Source: a virus
Taxonomy: Duplodnaviria > Heunggongvirae > Uroviricota > Caudoviricetes
Reading direction: 5' to 3' (one strand)
DNA length: 6,498 bases
IMG/VR virus record: IMGVR_UViG_2579778894_000010
Shown: positions 5,830 to 6,498 of the stretch, one piece after another
Position numbering within the stretch: the first letter of the stretch is position 1
Layout of the letters: every line of letters begins with the position of its first letter
Translations under genes and position numbers: made by a program
Notes under the pieces: model-generated
Told to the model about the DNA's origin: nothing
The model's database searches: none
The model's input: only the letters and a program-made list of their open reading frames with translations

Positions 5830-5916
5830 CAAAACAGAGAAGAGCATCACCGGACGACGGGCTCATAACCCAATCCATCCGGGCGGCTGCCACCGCAGGT
5901 GTTCTTCTCTGTTTTG
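5830..5916. repeat. 14-bp perfect inverted repeat enclosing a 59-bp GC-rich segment
   Basis: CAAAACAGAGAAGA (5830-5843) and TCTTCTCTGTTTTG (5903-5916) are exact reverse complements; the enclosed sequence contains further short stems such as CCGGG/CCCGG. Confidence 0.55.
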
Positions 5917-5965
5917 TGGAGAAACCAACCGACCTTGCAGGGTCGATATGATGAGGAGCAGCAAA

Positions 5966-6328
5966 ATGGCTAGCGAACGCAGTACTGATGTGCAGGCATT
6001 TATCGGGGAGCTGGACGGCGGCGTATTTGAAACCAAAATCGGCGCAGTTCTCAGTGAGGTCGCTTCCGGTGTGATGAACACGAAAACCAAAGGGAAGGTC
6101 TCACTCAATCTGGAAATCGAACCGTTTGATGAGAACCGTGTGAAAATCAAACACAAACTCTCATATGTTCGCCCAACTAACCGCGGGAAAATTTCCGAAG
6201 AAGACACCACCGAAACGCCGATGTATGTCAATCGCGGTGGTCGCCTGACTATTCTGCAGGAAGACCAGGGACAATTACTGACTCTTGCCGGTGAACCTGA
6301 CGGAAAACTCCGCGCAGCAGGTCGTTAA
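5966..6328 (+). CDS. hypothetical protein (120 aa) in the first-leftward-gene (N) position
   Basis: ATG 5966 preceded by SD GAGGAG (5953-5958) at a 7-nt spacer; the track ORF start at 5801 is an upstream extension through GC-rich non-coding sequence. No Arg-rich N-like motif and no family recognised. Confidence 0.65.
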   Translation: MASERSTDVQAFIGELDGGVFETKIGAVLSEVASGVMNTKTKGKVSLNLEIEPFDENRVKIKHKLSYVRPTNRGKISEEDTTETPMYVNRGGRLTILQEDQGQLLTLAGEPDGKLRAAGR

Positions 6329-6393
6329 TATCGTTCGTAATAAACTGATTATTTATCTCATCACTGAATATCTTTATATAGTGAGGACTTATT

Positions 6394-6447
6394 ATGTCTC
6401 AGAACTTAGGGAAGGTGCGAATAAGCGGGGAAATACTTCTCGGCTGA
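6394..6447 (+). CDS. possible 17-codon small ORF (MSQNLGKVRISGEILLG)
   Basis: SD GAGGA (6383-6387) 6 nt before ATG 6394; followed by a 6-bp stem TCGGCT (6440-6445) / AGCCGA (6475-6480) and TTTTTT (6481-6486). Very short, so speculative. Confidence 0.2.
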   Translation: MSQNLGKVRISGEILLG

Positions 6448-6498
6448 CTCAGTCATTTCATTTCTTCATGTTTGAGCCGATTTTTTCTCCCGTAAATG

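Noticed and set aside
5600-5945. Retron msr/msd, tRNA or attachment-site reading of the GC-rich structured block
   Set aside because: No reverse transcriptase gene in the window, no tRNA T-loop or anticodon-arm signature, and the location is internal to the prophage immunity region rather than at an end.
5580-5951. ORFs within the GC-rich block (5580-5951 plus, 5647-5868 plus, 5668-5850 minus)
   Set aside because: Pro/Gly/Arg-rich translations typical of GC-rich non-coding DNA, no ribosome-binding sites, and mutually overlapping; treated as a structured non-coding region instead.
5801-5965. Upstream extension of the 5966-6328 gene (track start at 5801)
   Set aside because: The extension is Cys/Arg/Pro-rich and runs through the inverted repeat, whereas ATG 5966 has a near-ideal GAGGAG SD.
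1-6498. CRISPR array, insertion sequence or transposase
   Set aside because: No regularly spaced repeats of 28-37 bp with unique spacers and no transposase-like ORF or terminal inverted repeats; the only tandem repeats are the iterons and the two 13-bp direct repeats.

Overview
This window reads as the immunity and early-replication region of a lambdoid (P22-like) prophage of an enterobacterial host, assigned from protein motifs and gene order only; no searches were run. On the minus strand a rightward early operon runs from a P22-Cro-like gene (3828-4028) through a CII/YdaT-like regulator, a 112-aa unknown, a replication initiator with an embedded iteron array, a PerC-like regulator, a phage Dam-type N6-adenine methyltransferase, a LexA-N-terminal-domain-only protein and RusA resolvase, ending in a partial gene at the window edge. 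Most junctions in this chain are overlapping or adjacent stop/start codons. On the plus strand sit a cI/C2-type S24-peptidase repressor (4126-4752) and a 120-aa unknown (5966-6328) in the position of the first leftward gene. The most unusual part is between them: a convergently oriented, AT-rich orphan gene (4980-5471, minus) encoding a coiled-coil plus CxxC...CxxC zinc-ribbon protein with its own terminator and upstream direct repeats, followed by a GC-rich, hairpin-dense non-coding block (about 5600-5945). I regard that pair as the best candidate for an undescribed exclusion/defence or regulatory module, but its function is inference.
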